A stretch of 64,000 nt of DNA from positions 7,776,001 to 7,840,000 of the forward strand of contig CP068257.2 in assembly GCA_009914755.4 (NCBI GenBank), written 5' to 3'. This stretch comes from the human T2T-CHM13v2.0 reference genome, Homo sapiens. Positions within the stretch are counted from its first letter, which is position 1; each line of letters opens with the position of its first letter. The notes beneath the pieces were generated by a model. It was not told where the DNA came from. It searched no databases and saw only the letters and a program-made list of their open reading frames with translations. Both the position numbers and the translations under genes were made by a program. Below, one piece after another: positions 1 to 29,689 of the stretch.

Positions 1-1430
1 ATTTTGGGTTCTTTGATATTTTATGTACAGTATATAATACATACTTTGGTTACTTTGATATTTTATGTGCAGAATATAACATATATTTGGTGTACTTTCA
101 AATTTTATGTACAGAATATAATATATATTTCATATACCTTCATATTTTATGTACAGTATATAATATATATTTGGGTGAAGTTAATATATTATGTACAGTA
201 TATAATATATATTTGGGTGACTTTAATATATTATGTACAGTATATAATATATTTTGGTGTACTTTGATAATTTATGTACAGAATATAATATATACTAGAT
301 GTACCTTCATATTTTATGTACAGTACATAATATATATTTTGGGTACTTTGATATTTTATGTACGGTATATAATATACAGTTTGGGTACTTTGATATTTTA
401 TGTCCTGTATAGAATATATAGTTTGAGTACTTTGTTATTTTATGTACATTTTATTATAAATGGGTACTTTCACAATTTATGTACAGAATATTATACATAT
501 TTTGGGTACTTTGGTATTTTATGTACAGTATATAATACATACTTTGGGTAATTTGATATTTTATGTACAGTATATAATATATATTTGGTGTAATGTGATA
601 TTTTAGGTACAGAATAATATATATATTTGATGTACATTCATATTTTATGTACAGTATGTAATATATACTTTGTGTACTTTGATATTTTATGTACAGTATA
701 TAATATATACTTTGGGTACTTTGATATTTTATGTGAAGCATATAATATACAGTTTGGGTACTTTGATATTTTTTGTACAGTATATAATATACAGTTTGGG
801 TAGTTTGTTATTTTATGTACAGTTTATCATAAATGTTTGGGTACTTTCATAATTTATGTACAGTACATAATATATATTTTGGGTACTTTGATATTTTATG
901 TACAATATATAATATACAGTTTGGGTACCTTGATATTTTATGTACAGTATGAAATATACAGTTTGGGTACTTTGATATATTATGTACAGTATATATGTTT
1001 GGGTAGTCTGATATTTTATGTACAGTACAGAATATATATTTGGTGTACTTTGATATTTTTTGTACAGTATAGAATATATATTTGGTGTAATTTGATATTT
1101 TGTGTACAGTATATAATATATAGTTTGGGTACTTTGATATGTTATGTACAGTAGATAATACATGTTTGTGTACTTTGATATTTTATTTACAATATAGAAT
1201 ATATATTTGGTGTACTTTGATATTTTATGTACAGCATAGAATATATATTTGGTGTACTTTTATATTTTATGTACACTAATATATAGTTTCTGTACCTTGA
1301 TATTTTATGTACAGTATATAATATATAGATTCAGTACTTTGATATTTTATGTACAGTATGGAATATATAGTTTGCATACTTTGATATTTTATGTACAGTA
1401 TATGTTATATAGTTTGGGAGCATAATATCA
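1..1430. repeat. AT-rich minisatellite, unit ~41-42 bp (approx. consensus tttgggtactttgatattttatgtacagtatataatatat), ~34 tandem copies; array continues upstream of window
   Basis: Direct reading: motif recurs every 41-42 bp (e.g. 303-343, 344-384, 385-426) at ~85-90% identity; the 87-154 aa ORFs here (FYVQYIIY.../ILYIKYQSTQ...) are the repeat read in phase. Confidence 0.9.
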
Positions 1431-2818
1431 AATATTAAAATATATATTATATTATGATATATTAAATATCATACATATGTATCATATATTGTACATTATA
1501 TATTATATATTATACATTTTATATGTTATATATTATATATAATGATACTTATATAATTATACATATAACTACATAATTATATAATTATATACATAATTAT
1601 TTGTATTATATATATAATTATATGATTATATATTTATTTATATTACATATAATTATACAATTATATATATTTTATTATATATAAATTATAATATGTAACA
1701 AAATAGATATATTATATATCATGATATATTAGATACGTTATACATTTTATTATATATAACTATATATTACATTATATATAACTATATATTTTCATCTATA
1801 ATATATATAATGTATATGTATTATATAATATATATTACATAACACATATAATATATATGTAATATGACATGATAAATATTACATATTATGACATATAATA
1901 TATATGACATTATATATTACATGTAAAGCATATTATATAATATATGGTATATGTCATATAATTTTTTTTTAGACAGCGTCTTGTTCTGTTGCACAGGCTG
2001 GAGTACAATGGCGCCATCTTTGCTCACTGCAACATGTGCCTCACATGTTCAAGCGATTGTCCTACCTCAGCCTCCCAGGTAGCTGGGACTACACCGCACT
2101 GGTACTACACCAGCTGCCACCATGCCTAGCTAATTTTTTGGATTTTTAGTAGTGACAGCGTTTCACTGTATTGGACAGGATGGTCTTGATCTCCTCACCT
2201 TGTGATCCTCTTGCCTTGGCCTCCAAAAGTGCTGGGATTACAGGCCTGAGCCAAGATACATATTTTCTAAATGAAAAAAAAATTCAAATGTACTCTGCTT
2301 GGTACAAGAATCAAATATTTAAACTGAGGAATAAAACATAACCATGAAACATATTTATAACTGCATATGGAAAATACAGAGGATAATTTTCTAAATAACA
2401 TATTTTGAAAGCATTAAGTAGTAATTTGAAGAGTTCGCATTTCAAAGGCCAGTATGAATATACCTTCAATGCAGCAACATAGGTTCCCCATGAGAAAAAT
2501 CAAAATCAGGGAAAATAAAACCACAAAGGTTCAATCTGTTCTGACCTTTGAAAAACACAGCACAGGCAGTGGCCCTTAGGACCAAGAGCAGGAGATCCCT
2601 AATCTCGTCACCATGGCGATAGGGCATCAACTTTGCAGGGTGAGGTAACAATCCACATTGTGAGGTCCAACTGCTGCCAGGAAGACAGGAGTGCTTTTAC
2701 CTAGACTGAAAGGTCATTGAAGGCTCAGTGTTTTGTTTCAAAAACTGAATCCCAAGCCCACACATTATTATGCTGTGCTTCTTAAAATAAGTTATGAGAT
2801 GGGAAATAGGGCACCCAC
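1431..2818. repeat. Array unit 1 (partial TA-rich block 1431-1961; Alu 1962-2253; non-Alu segment 2254-2818)
   Basis: Same order and sequence as units 2-5; abuts the 41-bp minisatellite. Confidence 0.85.
1962..2253 (-). mobile_element. Alu SINE (AluS-like, 5'-truncated in its own orientation) embedded in array unit 1; paralogous copies at 4241-4529, 6771-7056, 9039-9328, 11957-12248
   Basis: poly-T then agacagcgtcttgttctgttgcacaggctggagtacaatggcgcc ... gcctccaaaagtgctgggattacaggcctgagcca = reverse complement of the Alu consensus. Confidence 0.9.
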
Positions 2819-14988
<12,170 letters not shown>

Positions 14989-16850
14989 ATAAATATTATA
15001 TATATAAGTATACATAATTATATATAATATATGTATTATATATTTATATATATAATTTCCTTTTACCTCCTGCATCCTTATATATATTATATATAATATA
15101 ATATATAATAATATATAATTATTACATGCAATATATGTAATATAATTATATATGTAATTATATATAATTATATATATAATTACATATAATATATAATTAT
15201 ATATATTATAAAATATATTATACATAATATATAATATATAATAAATTATATGACATACAGTATATAATATAGATTATATAAAATATATGTCATATATAAT
15301 ATATATCATATATAATAGATAATATAATATATATTATATTTTATATAAAATATATTATATATAATATATAAGTTTATATTATATATAAGTATATAATATA
15401 TAATATATTATGATATATTATATATAATGTATAGTATAATTATATGATAATTATATAAAATATAATAAATAACATATATTATATATCATATATGTTATAT
15501 ATGTATTTTATCTTATATAGTATATATCATATATGAAAAATAATATATATATTATATACCATACATGATATATAATATATATCACATATACCATGATATA
15601 TAATATACAGTATATATATTATAGATTATAACATATTACATACTATAGATTAAATATATATATTATATTTAATATATATTATATATATCATATTATATAT
15701 GACATATCATATATATAATATATATTATATATCATATTATATATGACATATCATATATATTATATGATATATCATATATGTGATATATATAATATATATT
15801 ATATAATATATATCATATATATGATGTATTATATATAATTTATATAATATATACTGTATCATATATATGATATATATATGATACTATATATTATATATAT
15901 TATATATAGTATGACATACTATATGTATTGCATATATTATATATTACATATATAATATATAATATATGTAATGTATATTATATATATATAATTTTTTTCA
16001 GACAGAGTCTTCTTCTGTTGCACAGGCTGTAGTGCAATAGCGCCATCTTGGCTCACTCTAATCTCTGCCTCACGGGTTCAAGCGATTTTCCTACCTCAGC
16101 CTCCCAGGTTGCGGGGAATACACCACACTGGGACTACACCAGCTGCCACCATGCCTGGCTAATTATTTGTATTTTTAGTAGAGACAGGGTTTCACTGTAT
16201 TGGCCGGGATGGTCTTGATCTCCTCACCTTTTGATCCTCTTGACTTGGCCTCCCAAAGTGCTCGGATTACAGGTCTGAGCCAAGATACATATTTTTTAAA
16301 TGAAGAAAAATTTCTAAGGTACTCTGCTTGGTACAATAATCAAATATATAAATTGATTAATAAAACATAACCATGAAACATATTTATAACTGCATATGGA
16401 AAATACAGTGGATAATTTTTTAAATAGGATATTTTGAAAGCATTAACTAGTAATTTGAAGAGTTCGCATTTGACAGGCCAGTATGAACATACGTTGAATG
16501 CAGCAACACAGGTTCCCCATAAGAAAAATCAAAATCAGGGAAAATGAAACCACAAATGTTCAATCTGCTGTGACCTTCGAAAAATTCAGCACAGACAGTG
16601 GCACTTAGGACCAAGGGCAGGAGATCCCTAATCCCATCACCATGGCGATAGGGTATAAACATTCCACGGTGAAGGCACAATCCACATTGTGAGGTCCAAC
16701 TGCTGCCATGCAGACAGTTGTGCTTTTACATGTACAGGAAGGTCATTGAAGGCTCATTGTTCTGTTTCAAAAACTGAATCCCAAGCCCACATATTATTAT
16801 GCTGTGCTTCTTAAAATAAGTTATTAGATTCGAAATAGGACACCCCCAAA
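14989..16850. repeat. Array unit 7, diverged, short (TA-rich 14989-15991; Alu 15992-16283; non-Alu 16284-16850)
   Basis: Direct reading; shares the unit-6-type variants. Confidence 0.85.
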
Positions 16851-18712
<1,862 letters not shown>

Positions 18713-18785
18713 TAGCCAATAGTGAGAGTTTCAAATTGAGGAAAGGCACAACTGATATGTTGAGAATAAACAGAGATTCCATTCT

Positions 18786-19978
18786 GTTTTTTCTTTTTCA
18801 ACTTTTATGTTAGATTCAGGGTCTACATGTGCAGGTTTATTACCTGGGTGTATTGTGTGGTGCTGAGGTTTGGGGTGTGAATGATCCCAACACCCAGGTA
18901 CTGAACATGGTATTCAGCAGTTTTTCAACCTTTTCCTTCCTCCCTCCCCCTCCTAGCAGTCCCTAGTGTCTATTTTCACCATCTTCATATCCATGGGTAC
19001 TCAGAATTTAGCTCCTACTTATAGGAACATGAGGCGTTTGTTTTCTGTTACTACATTAGTTCACTTCCTGGATTCCAGCTGTAGCCATTTTCCCTCAAAG
19101 AACATAATTTCATTCTTTTTTGTGGCTGCATAGTATTCCATGGTCTATATGTACCACATTTTTATCCAGTCCACTGTTGATAGTCCACTGTTGATGGGCA
19201 CCTAGGTTGATCCCATGTCTTTGCTAATGTGAATAGTGTTGCAATAAACATACAAGTGCATATGTCTTTTTGGTGGAATGATTTGTTTTCTTTTGGATAC
19301 ATATTCGGTAATGAGGCTGCTGGGTTGAATGTTAGTTCGGTTTTATGTTCTTTGAGAAATCTCCAAATTGCTTTCCACAGTGGCTGAACTAAATTACATT
19401 CCCACCAAAGGTGTATAAGCATTCCCTTTTCTCCTTATCCTCGCCAGTATCTGCTATTTTTTTTTTTTTTACTTTTTAAAAATAGCCATTCTGACTGGTG
19501 TGAGATAATATCTCATTGTGGTTTTGATTTGCATTTCCCTCGTGATTAGTGATGATGAGCATTTTTTTCATGTTTGTTGGCTGCATGTATGTCTCCTTCT
19601 GAGAAGTGTCTATGTCTTTTGCCCCTTTTTAAATGGGGTTGTGTTTTGCTTGTTGAATTATGTTCCTTATAGATTCTAAATATTAGACCTTTGTTGGATG
19701 CATAGTTTGTGAATAATTTCCCCCATTCTGTAGGTTGTTTACTCTGCTGATGGTTTCCTTTGCTGTGTGGCAGCTCTTTAGTTTAATTAGGTCCCATTTG
19801 TCAACTTTTGCTTTTGTTGCAATTTCTTTTGAAGTCTTAGTCATGAATTATTTCCCATAGCCCATATCCAGAATGGTACTTTTGAAGTTTTTCTTCCAGG
19901 TTTATTTTAGTTTGAGGTCTTAAATTTAAATCTTTAATCCAACCTGAGTTAATTTTTGTATATGGTGAAAAGGTGACC
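18786..19978 (-). mobile_element. Older L1 (L1PB/L1MA-like) 3' portion: 3'UTR and ORF2 C-terminus
   Basis: ORF 19162-19422(-) ...ECNLVQPLWKAIWRFLKEHKTELTFNPA... and 19837-20061(-) ...FSPYTKINSGWIKDLNLRPQT... are L1 ORF2 C-terminal motifs; poly-T (rc poly-A) at 18786-18798. Confidence 0.85.
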
Positions 19979-19980
19979 AG

Positions 19981-20293
19981 TTTTTTGTTTTTTTGTTTTT
20001 GTTTTTTGTTTTTTGAGAGGTAGTCTTCCTTTGTCACGAGGCTGTAGTGGAGTGGTGCCATCTCAGCTCACAGCAACCTCCACCTGCCGGGTTCAAGCGA
20101 TTCTCCTGCCTCAGCTTCCTGAGTCACTGGGATTACAGGCACGTGCTACCACACCCAGCTAATTTTTGTATTTTTAGTAGAGACAGGGTTTCACCATGTT
20201 GGCCTGGCTGGACTCGATCTTCTGACCTTGTGATCCTCCCACATTGGCCTCCCAAAGTGCTGGGATCACAGTCATGAGCCACTGTGCCTGGCC
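19981..20293 (-). mobile_element. Alu SINE, full length, T-rich tail at 19981-20025
   Basis: gagaggtagtcttcctttgtcacgaggctgtagtggagtggtgccatctcagctcac ... ccactgtgcctggcc. Confidence 0.9.
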
Positions 20294-21978
20294 AATAAGG
20301 TGCATTATTAACATCAATAAAGCTCAGGAACCAGCTTTCACCATATTTTTGTTTAATTTACAGTTTTTCTCAGAGTCTTTGGAATAGATTCCTCCCTCCA
20401 TGAGCCAGAGAACTTACAATGTTCACTGCAGTGTCTTTAAATGTAGCAGTAGCAGCTGTGGGTTGAGAACACAAGTCTTCCACTTTTCCTTTTAGAGCCA
20501 GCCATTCATGGTGCTCTGTGTTCTTATTCAGCATTGGGTAGGGGCATCTGGGTGCTGGGCATAGCACCAGTGCCCCATGGAGGAGGGAGGCAGGAAGCCC
20601 CTTTCTTCCTTCTCTAAAACCTTTTTTCTTTATGTAGATCCAAGTTTTTAGCCTATATCATTTTCTTCTCTCTGGATAACTTCTTTTAACATTTTGACAG
20701 ATCTACTGACAGCAAATTTGTGTTTCTCTGAGAAAGTCTTTTTCTTCACTTTGGAAAGATAATTTTGCAGGATACAGAATTTTAGTTTGGTGGAATTTTT
20801 TTGCTTGCTTGCATGGGTTCTGAAGAAAAGTTTGATGCAATTTTTATTCTTATTCTAACAGGTGTTAGGCCCTGCTAAAGCCCAAGGTGGTTAGACTCTT
20901 GTGAAATGGTTTCCCTGGGGCAGGCTTTTGCTAAGGAGAACGGAACACCCAGGGCATATTTCAAAGTAGTTACTTTTCCCCTTCCCTGTGGGAAGCAGGA
21001 GGGAATTTTTCTCTGATGTGCATAAGAGCGTCTGGCAGAGCTCTTGGAGGTTCATGAAAGTGTAGGGCCCCCTAAGACTGGGCTCCCTTAATTCTTAATT
21101 CTCAAGTTTATGTGCATGGAGCCTCCAGCGATTTGTTGTTTACATGTAAGTCTTCCCACCGTGGTTCTGGCTCCAGTGGCCAGCCTCCGATCCTGTTAGG
21201 CTGGGACTCACTGCCTCTCCAATTTGGGGGATAACGGTTTGCCCTGTTAACCTCAAGTCTCTGATGGATCTAAGAAAAGTTGTTAATTTTCAGTTTGTTC
21301 AAGGTGTTTTTTGTTGTCGTTGTGAGGACAGGAGTGACAGCTTCCAAGCTGGAAAACAGAAGTCACATTTGGGTTTTGTTTCAAGATATTTTTCCAATGA
21401 CAGAGAATGATGCCACACACATTTCCATAGATGTCTTTTGATGCAGATGTGCATGCGTTTCTGTTATCCTAAGAGTGAAATACCTGAGTCCTAAATGTGC
21501 TCCTTTCTAGAACCTTTATTCAATGCCAAACACAGTATCCCCTCCAGCAGTGATGAGAGTTCTTGTTGCTCCAGATTCTCTCCAACACTTGGTGTTCTAT
21601 CTTTTACATTCTAGCCGTTTTGGAGGATATGTTATCCTGTTGTGATGTTAATTTGCATTTACATGAATACTAAGAAAGCTGAACACATTCAAGTTTTGCT
21701 TTTATCAATTACACGTTTAAGTGTTTTACCCATTGTTCTTTCTCTTAGTGATTTTTAAGAGCTCTTTACATATTGTTGATGTGAGCCCTCTGTCAGTTCT
21801 ATGTGTTCATAGATCTGTTTCCACTCTGCAACTTGTCTTGTCACTTTCTTAGTGGTGTCTCTTAATAAACAGAAATTCTTAATTTGAATATAGTCTAATT
21901 TATCAACTTATTCCCTTAAAACTATGGCTCATTGTGATCTGTTTAAGAAATCTGTCCCCATTCATGGTCATAAAAATC

Positions 21979-22291
<313 letters not shown>

Positions 22292-22949
22292 CTAGGATTT
22301 CTAATTTGAAGACAGAAGCAATAAACAAAATGAGAAACCAAAATACATTCGTTTTGATTAAAGCTGAGGTCAGCCATAACTCTGAACCTAAAAAGGAGGT
22401 CACCTGAAGCAGCTGTGAGTGAGCAGGGTAAGATAGGAAGCAGAGAACCGATGCTCATTGCCAGATCTTAGGAAAAAAATAATAAATTAGGATGACATAC
22501 TTTTGCAAAATTAAAGAAATCCCCTGAGGTGCTAATACAAAATTTCATTTGTGATAGGACTAATAAAGAAATTCAGCTAGTAGTGGGATCTGTCGTGGAC
22601 TGAGTTTGATTCCAAGAACAGAAGAGGCAGGACCAGTGAGAAATAGCACAGACATATTTGCAAAAGCAGCCCTCCCACGTTAGGAAGAAGGGATACTTTT
22701 GCACAGTGAACAGCACTACAACTGCTCATCTCTTTCATGTACTATCACACATGGAATGACTGAGATACTCCTGTGTTCCACACATAGTCCTCCCTGCCCC
22801 TACTGAATAGAGAAACCCAATTTCACCTTGGCTATCTCTAGATCAATTACCTGTTAATAGGTCTGCTGTTTTCTTTACCGTTAGTTTCAAGAAGAACTAA
22901 ATATCCCCAAATGGTATTTCAGCTTCCACTTAATGAAACCTGTCATCTT

Positions 22950-24008
<1,059 letters not shown>

Positions 24009-24855
24009 AAGTTAGTTTCCTCCCTGGGGAATCAATATCTCTAAATGAGGAGAACCCAAAGTTTCACAAAAGGGAAGAAAAAGTCTGCAAGTGCAAATTA
24101 GGCATAATAGTGCAGGGAGCCCCCTCCCCTTGACTTTCAGATTCATGTGTTTTTGTTGTAAGATAAATAACACTACACGGTGGTCACTGACTCTAAGTTT
24201 ATACCACACACTGTAGGACAACATCCCAACCTCACTATGTGTTGTTTACCAGCTGGGAGCATTAATTGAGTTACATGATTCCATTCCATCATGTCAGATT
24301 CTTCTAGGTGATAGGGATTATGTTGTAAATCCAATGAATTGCACAAACATGAGCCTAATACCATATTTTTTTTTGCAGTGAAATGAATTCCTTAGTCAAA
24401 AACAATGTTGTATGGGATATCATGATGGTGAATAACAAATTATTTAAGTTCACTCATGGTAGTACCAGCAGAAAAATTGCAAATGTAAAAGGTGAGTTCG
24501 TACCCAGAATAAGTGTCTATTTCGGTGAGAACAAAATCCCTGAGGGATGGGTTTCAATGTCATCAATCTGCAAGTTGACTGGGTAGCCCCTGAGGGAAGG
24601 CTGTCATATTAGCCTTAGTTGTTCTACATTGGTCCAGATACAATTTGATTATGTAAAGTCGTGAATACCTTCTATCCTTAATATTATGTGCATCTGTTCA
24701 TGAGCCCATTGAACAAGTATCAGCTGACTAACATCTATTATATAACATGTCATTGTATGCATACGATTACTCCTCTTCAGTGGATTCCCTCTAATAAGAA
24801 TTTACTTGGGCTACAAGTATTTTCATACTTCGTGTCTATTTTAAGAAGTCATCTT

Positions 24856-25159
24856 CGGCTGGGCTTGGTGGCTCACACCTGTAATCCCAGCACTTTGGAA
24901 GGCCAAGGTGGGCGGATCAGGAGGTCAGGAGATCAAGAACATCGTGGCTAATACAGTGAAATCCAGTCTCACCTAAAAATACAAAAAAATTAGCTGGGCC
25001 TGGTGGTGGGCACCTGTAGTCCCAGCTACTCAGGAGGCTGAGGCAGGAGAATGGCGTGAACCCAGAAGGTAGAGCTTGCGAGCTTGCAGTGAGCTGAGAT
25101 CGCTCCACTGCACTCCAGCCTGGGTGACAGAGTGAGACTCTGTCTTGAAAAAAAAAATC
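24856..25159 (+). mobile_element. Alu SINE with poly-A tail
   Basis: ggctgggcttggtggctcacacctgtaatcccagcactttggaaggccaaggtgggcggatcaggaggtcaggagatcaag ... gtcttgaaaaaaaaaa. Confidence 0.9.
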
Positions 25160-25561
25160 CAACTATTCAAAAGTAAAGAAAAAAATATGTCAATCCACCA
25201 TGTGTCCACTGCACACCATCACAAATTTTAAACCATGCATGAGCTCACATTTTGAATAGAACGATCTTGGGGACAGGGGACACTAAAAGCCCCAAATATG
25301 GTCCTGTGTGGCATAATGGTTTTTTGGTAAATGCTACACTGCATACAATGGTGGTCGCTTAAGATAACAGAGCTGAAAAATTCTTACCATCTAGTAACAC
25401 TGTGGCCATGATGACATCATAGCACAACGCATTACTCATGTGTTTGCAGTGAGGCTGGTATAAGCAAACCCACTACATTTGTCAGTGGCATTAAAGGTTA
25501 GCACATCTAATTATGTACCATATGTCATACTTGGTAATGATAATAAATGACCATGTGACTA

Positions 25562-25985
25562 GTTTATGTACAGTTGCTCCTTGAACAGCATGGATTTGAA
25601 ATGCACAAGTTCACTTATATGCAAATTTCCTTCTGTTTCTCCCACCCCTGAGACAACAGGATCAACTTCTCCTCTTCTCTTCCTCAGGCTGCTCAACATG
25701 AATATGCAGACGAAGACCTTTATGATGATCCACTTTCACTTAATGAATAGTAAACATATTTTCTCCTCCTTATGATTTTCTTAATAGAATTTTCTTTTCT
25801 CTTTCTTTAAGAATACAGTATATAATTAACAAATTATGCATTAATTGTTTATTTGATCAGCAAAGCTTGCAGTTAAGAATAGGCTATTAGTAGTTAAGTT
25901 TGGGGATAGCCCAGAGTTATATATGGATTTTCAACTGCACAGGAGCTGGTCCCCTAACCCTTGCACTGTTCAAGGATCAACAGTA
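25562..25985 (+). mobile_element. Tigger1-derived non-autonomous DNA transposon (MITE, internally deleted)
   Basis: 5' TIR cagttgctccttgaacagcatggatttgaaatgcacaagttcacttatatgc and 3' end ...gaagacctttatgatgatccactttcacttaatgaatag...ggctattagtagttaagtttgggga...cccctaacccttgcactgttcaaggatcaacagta match the Tigger1 termini (consensus recalled from memory). Confidence 0.7.
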
Positions 25986-26638
25986 TTTACAATACTATAC
26001 ATTTTATTCATATTTTAGAGTGTAGTACTTCTACTCATGAAAAATAATTAACTATAAAACAGCGTCGGGAAGGTCTTTCAGGAGTTCTTCCAGAAGAAAG
26101 CCTTGTTATCATAGAAGATGACAGCTGCATATATGTTATTGCCCTTGAAGACCCTGAAGACCTTTCACTGGGACAAGATTTGGAGATGGAAGACAGTGAT
26201 ATTGATTATCCTGACCCTTACAGGGCTAAGCTAGTGTGTGTGTTTGTATCTTAGTTTTTAACAAAAAAGTTTAAAACATAAAAAATAAAAATAAATAAAG
26301 CTTATCAAATAAGGATGTAAAGTATTTCTGTACAGCTGTTCAATGTGTTTTTGTTTTAAGATGTGTTATTATAAGAATCAAAAAGTTAAAAAAATTAAAA
26401 GTTTATAAAGTTACGATAAGCTAAGATGAACTTGTTAAAGAAAGAAAAATTTCAAATACATTTAGTGTAGCCTAAGTGTACAGTGCATATAAAGTCTATA
26501 GTTATGTACAGTAATATCCTAGGCCTTTGCATTCACTCACCAAGTACTCACTGACTCATCAGAGCAACTGCCAGTCCTGCAACCTCTGTTCATGCTAGGT
26601 GTCCTATACTGGTGTACCACTCTCTTTAACTTTTGTAA

Positions 26639-26920
<282 letters not shown>

Positions 26921-26984
26921 CTATGTTTTTACTGTATCTTTTCCATGTTTAGATATTACTATTGTGATATAACTGCCTACAGCA

Positions 26985-27600
<616 letters not shown>

Positions 27601-28965
27601 GGGTGTTGGGGACTACTAGCCTACTGTATTCAGCACAGTGACGTGCTGCACAGGTGTGTAGCCCAGGAGCAATAGGCTGTACGATATAGCCTAGGTATGT
27701 AGTAGGCTACACTGTCTAGGTTTGTATAAACTACATTCTATGGTGTCTGCACAGCCACAAAATCACGTAATGATGCATTTCTTGGAATATATTACCATTA
27801 AATGAGATTTACCTGTATTAGTGTCATCTCAGGTTTATTGTCTAGTAATTTTAAAAGTATTTGTATATTCTTTCCCAGACACATCATCATACTCCGGTGC
27901 ATATCTCTATTTTATTCCCTAGACCCATTCTTAATTTTTCTACGTTCTGCTTTGTTCCTTAGGAGGCTCACCTGAATTGGATACTGCAGAGATCTCCCTT
28001 ACCCTCATGCTTTTATTGGGGTTCAGCTAATGGAGGGGGTGGCAGAAGATAGGTGAGAGAAGAGTGTGTTTATCCCCCACCTCTGCCCCTGCAGGGTCAG
28101 CACAGGCAGACTGTGTCCCTTTGCTGAAGATCACAGCTTCTGTCTGGTGCCTTCTTGGCAAGCTGGCACTCTCTCTAGTCAGGTGACTGCTTGGTCCCTT
28201 ACTACTTACACTCTTCTGTCTGGTTTCTTTGTGTCTTTCCTGCTGTGCTGTAAGTAGTCCCTTTATTAGAATCCATCCACATTACCCAGTTATATAAAGA
28301 CAAATAGTTGGTCACTGATCTAGTTCACTCCCTGAGAATCAGCCTTCATCAAAGATCCCTAGCAGTCAGATATTCTGTTGGCCGCTCCATTCCTGCTCCC
28401 CATTATTCTAGTTGTGTCTTCCTTGTCTCTAGTGCAATCACAAAGCATAAGCGCCTCCACTGTCACTTGTTCTAGGATCACATCATTCCCCTTGAAATCA
28501 GAGAACCCACAATCTCCCCAAGCCCACAAAATTCAGCCGTCACAGTACTTTTCAAGCATGCCAGCAGCCCTCCCCAACAAACGAATCCTTAATTTCTTAG
28601 AGAAACATCTTCTGGGGCTTCCTGTGGGACACAGTGGGGGTCGGCTTGGCATGTGGATCACACCTGATATTTTTACCCCCACCTCCTACTATTCCTATTC
28701 CTTTGTATGCACCTCTCTTTATTATGCTAGGAAAGCTCTGGCAACACAACCTCAAAATAAGCAGGCCAGTGTGGATTCACAGTTTCTGTCAGACAAACTT
28801 GAGCACCCCTTCTAACTTCTTGGGCTAAGACTTTAACTTCAGAATCTCTATGTATCCATGTTGATAAACTTAGCCTATGTCAAGATTATATTCTGCATGC
28901 CTTAGTCAAACACCATGTAAATCTATGCCTCATATATTCTCTAGGCTTTAGCTGATAGGGATTAG

Positions 28966-29330
<365 letters not shown>

Positions 29331-29689
29331 ACTCCATTGCACTCTTACAGACCATGTTGACAAAATTATAACTGCAACAGTCAACTACAATAGCAATTTT
29401 ACCTCTCATATACCACTTGAAAAAACACATCATTCCCAATAACCACATTTGATGATTTAAGTAATCACGATACCACCGTACACTACAGATGATCAGGTTT
29501 CTGTCTCCTCCTGACAAGAAGGTCAGGAATTCATTCCGACTAAAACGGGTCAGCAAACCAGTTCCAGGTTCTCATCTGTAAAGATCTACTTCTAGAGGTG
29601 TCCACCTGGAGCCTGGTGAACATTGGACATCAAACACCAGGTTGACACTATTTCTTCATCTTCAACAAAAACCACACAAACAAGCTTTG

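Noticed and set aside
4-1163. ORFs of 87-154 aa in the AT-rich minisatellite and similar Y/I/N-rich ORFs throughout 3492-15225
   Set aside because: They are the tandem repeat read in frame (FYVQYIIY..., ILYIKYQSTQ...). The low-complexity periodic peptides have no start or stop context.
28378-28815. 145-aa ORF beginning MAAPFLLPIILVVSSLSLVQS (signal-peptide-like N-terminus)
   Set aside because: I recognise no homology. It has no splice or poly-A context and lies in sequence with old-repeat character. It is probably a chance ORF, though TBLASTN or BLASTP could overturn this.
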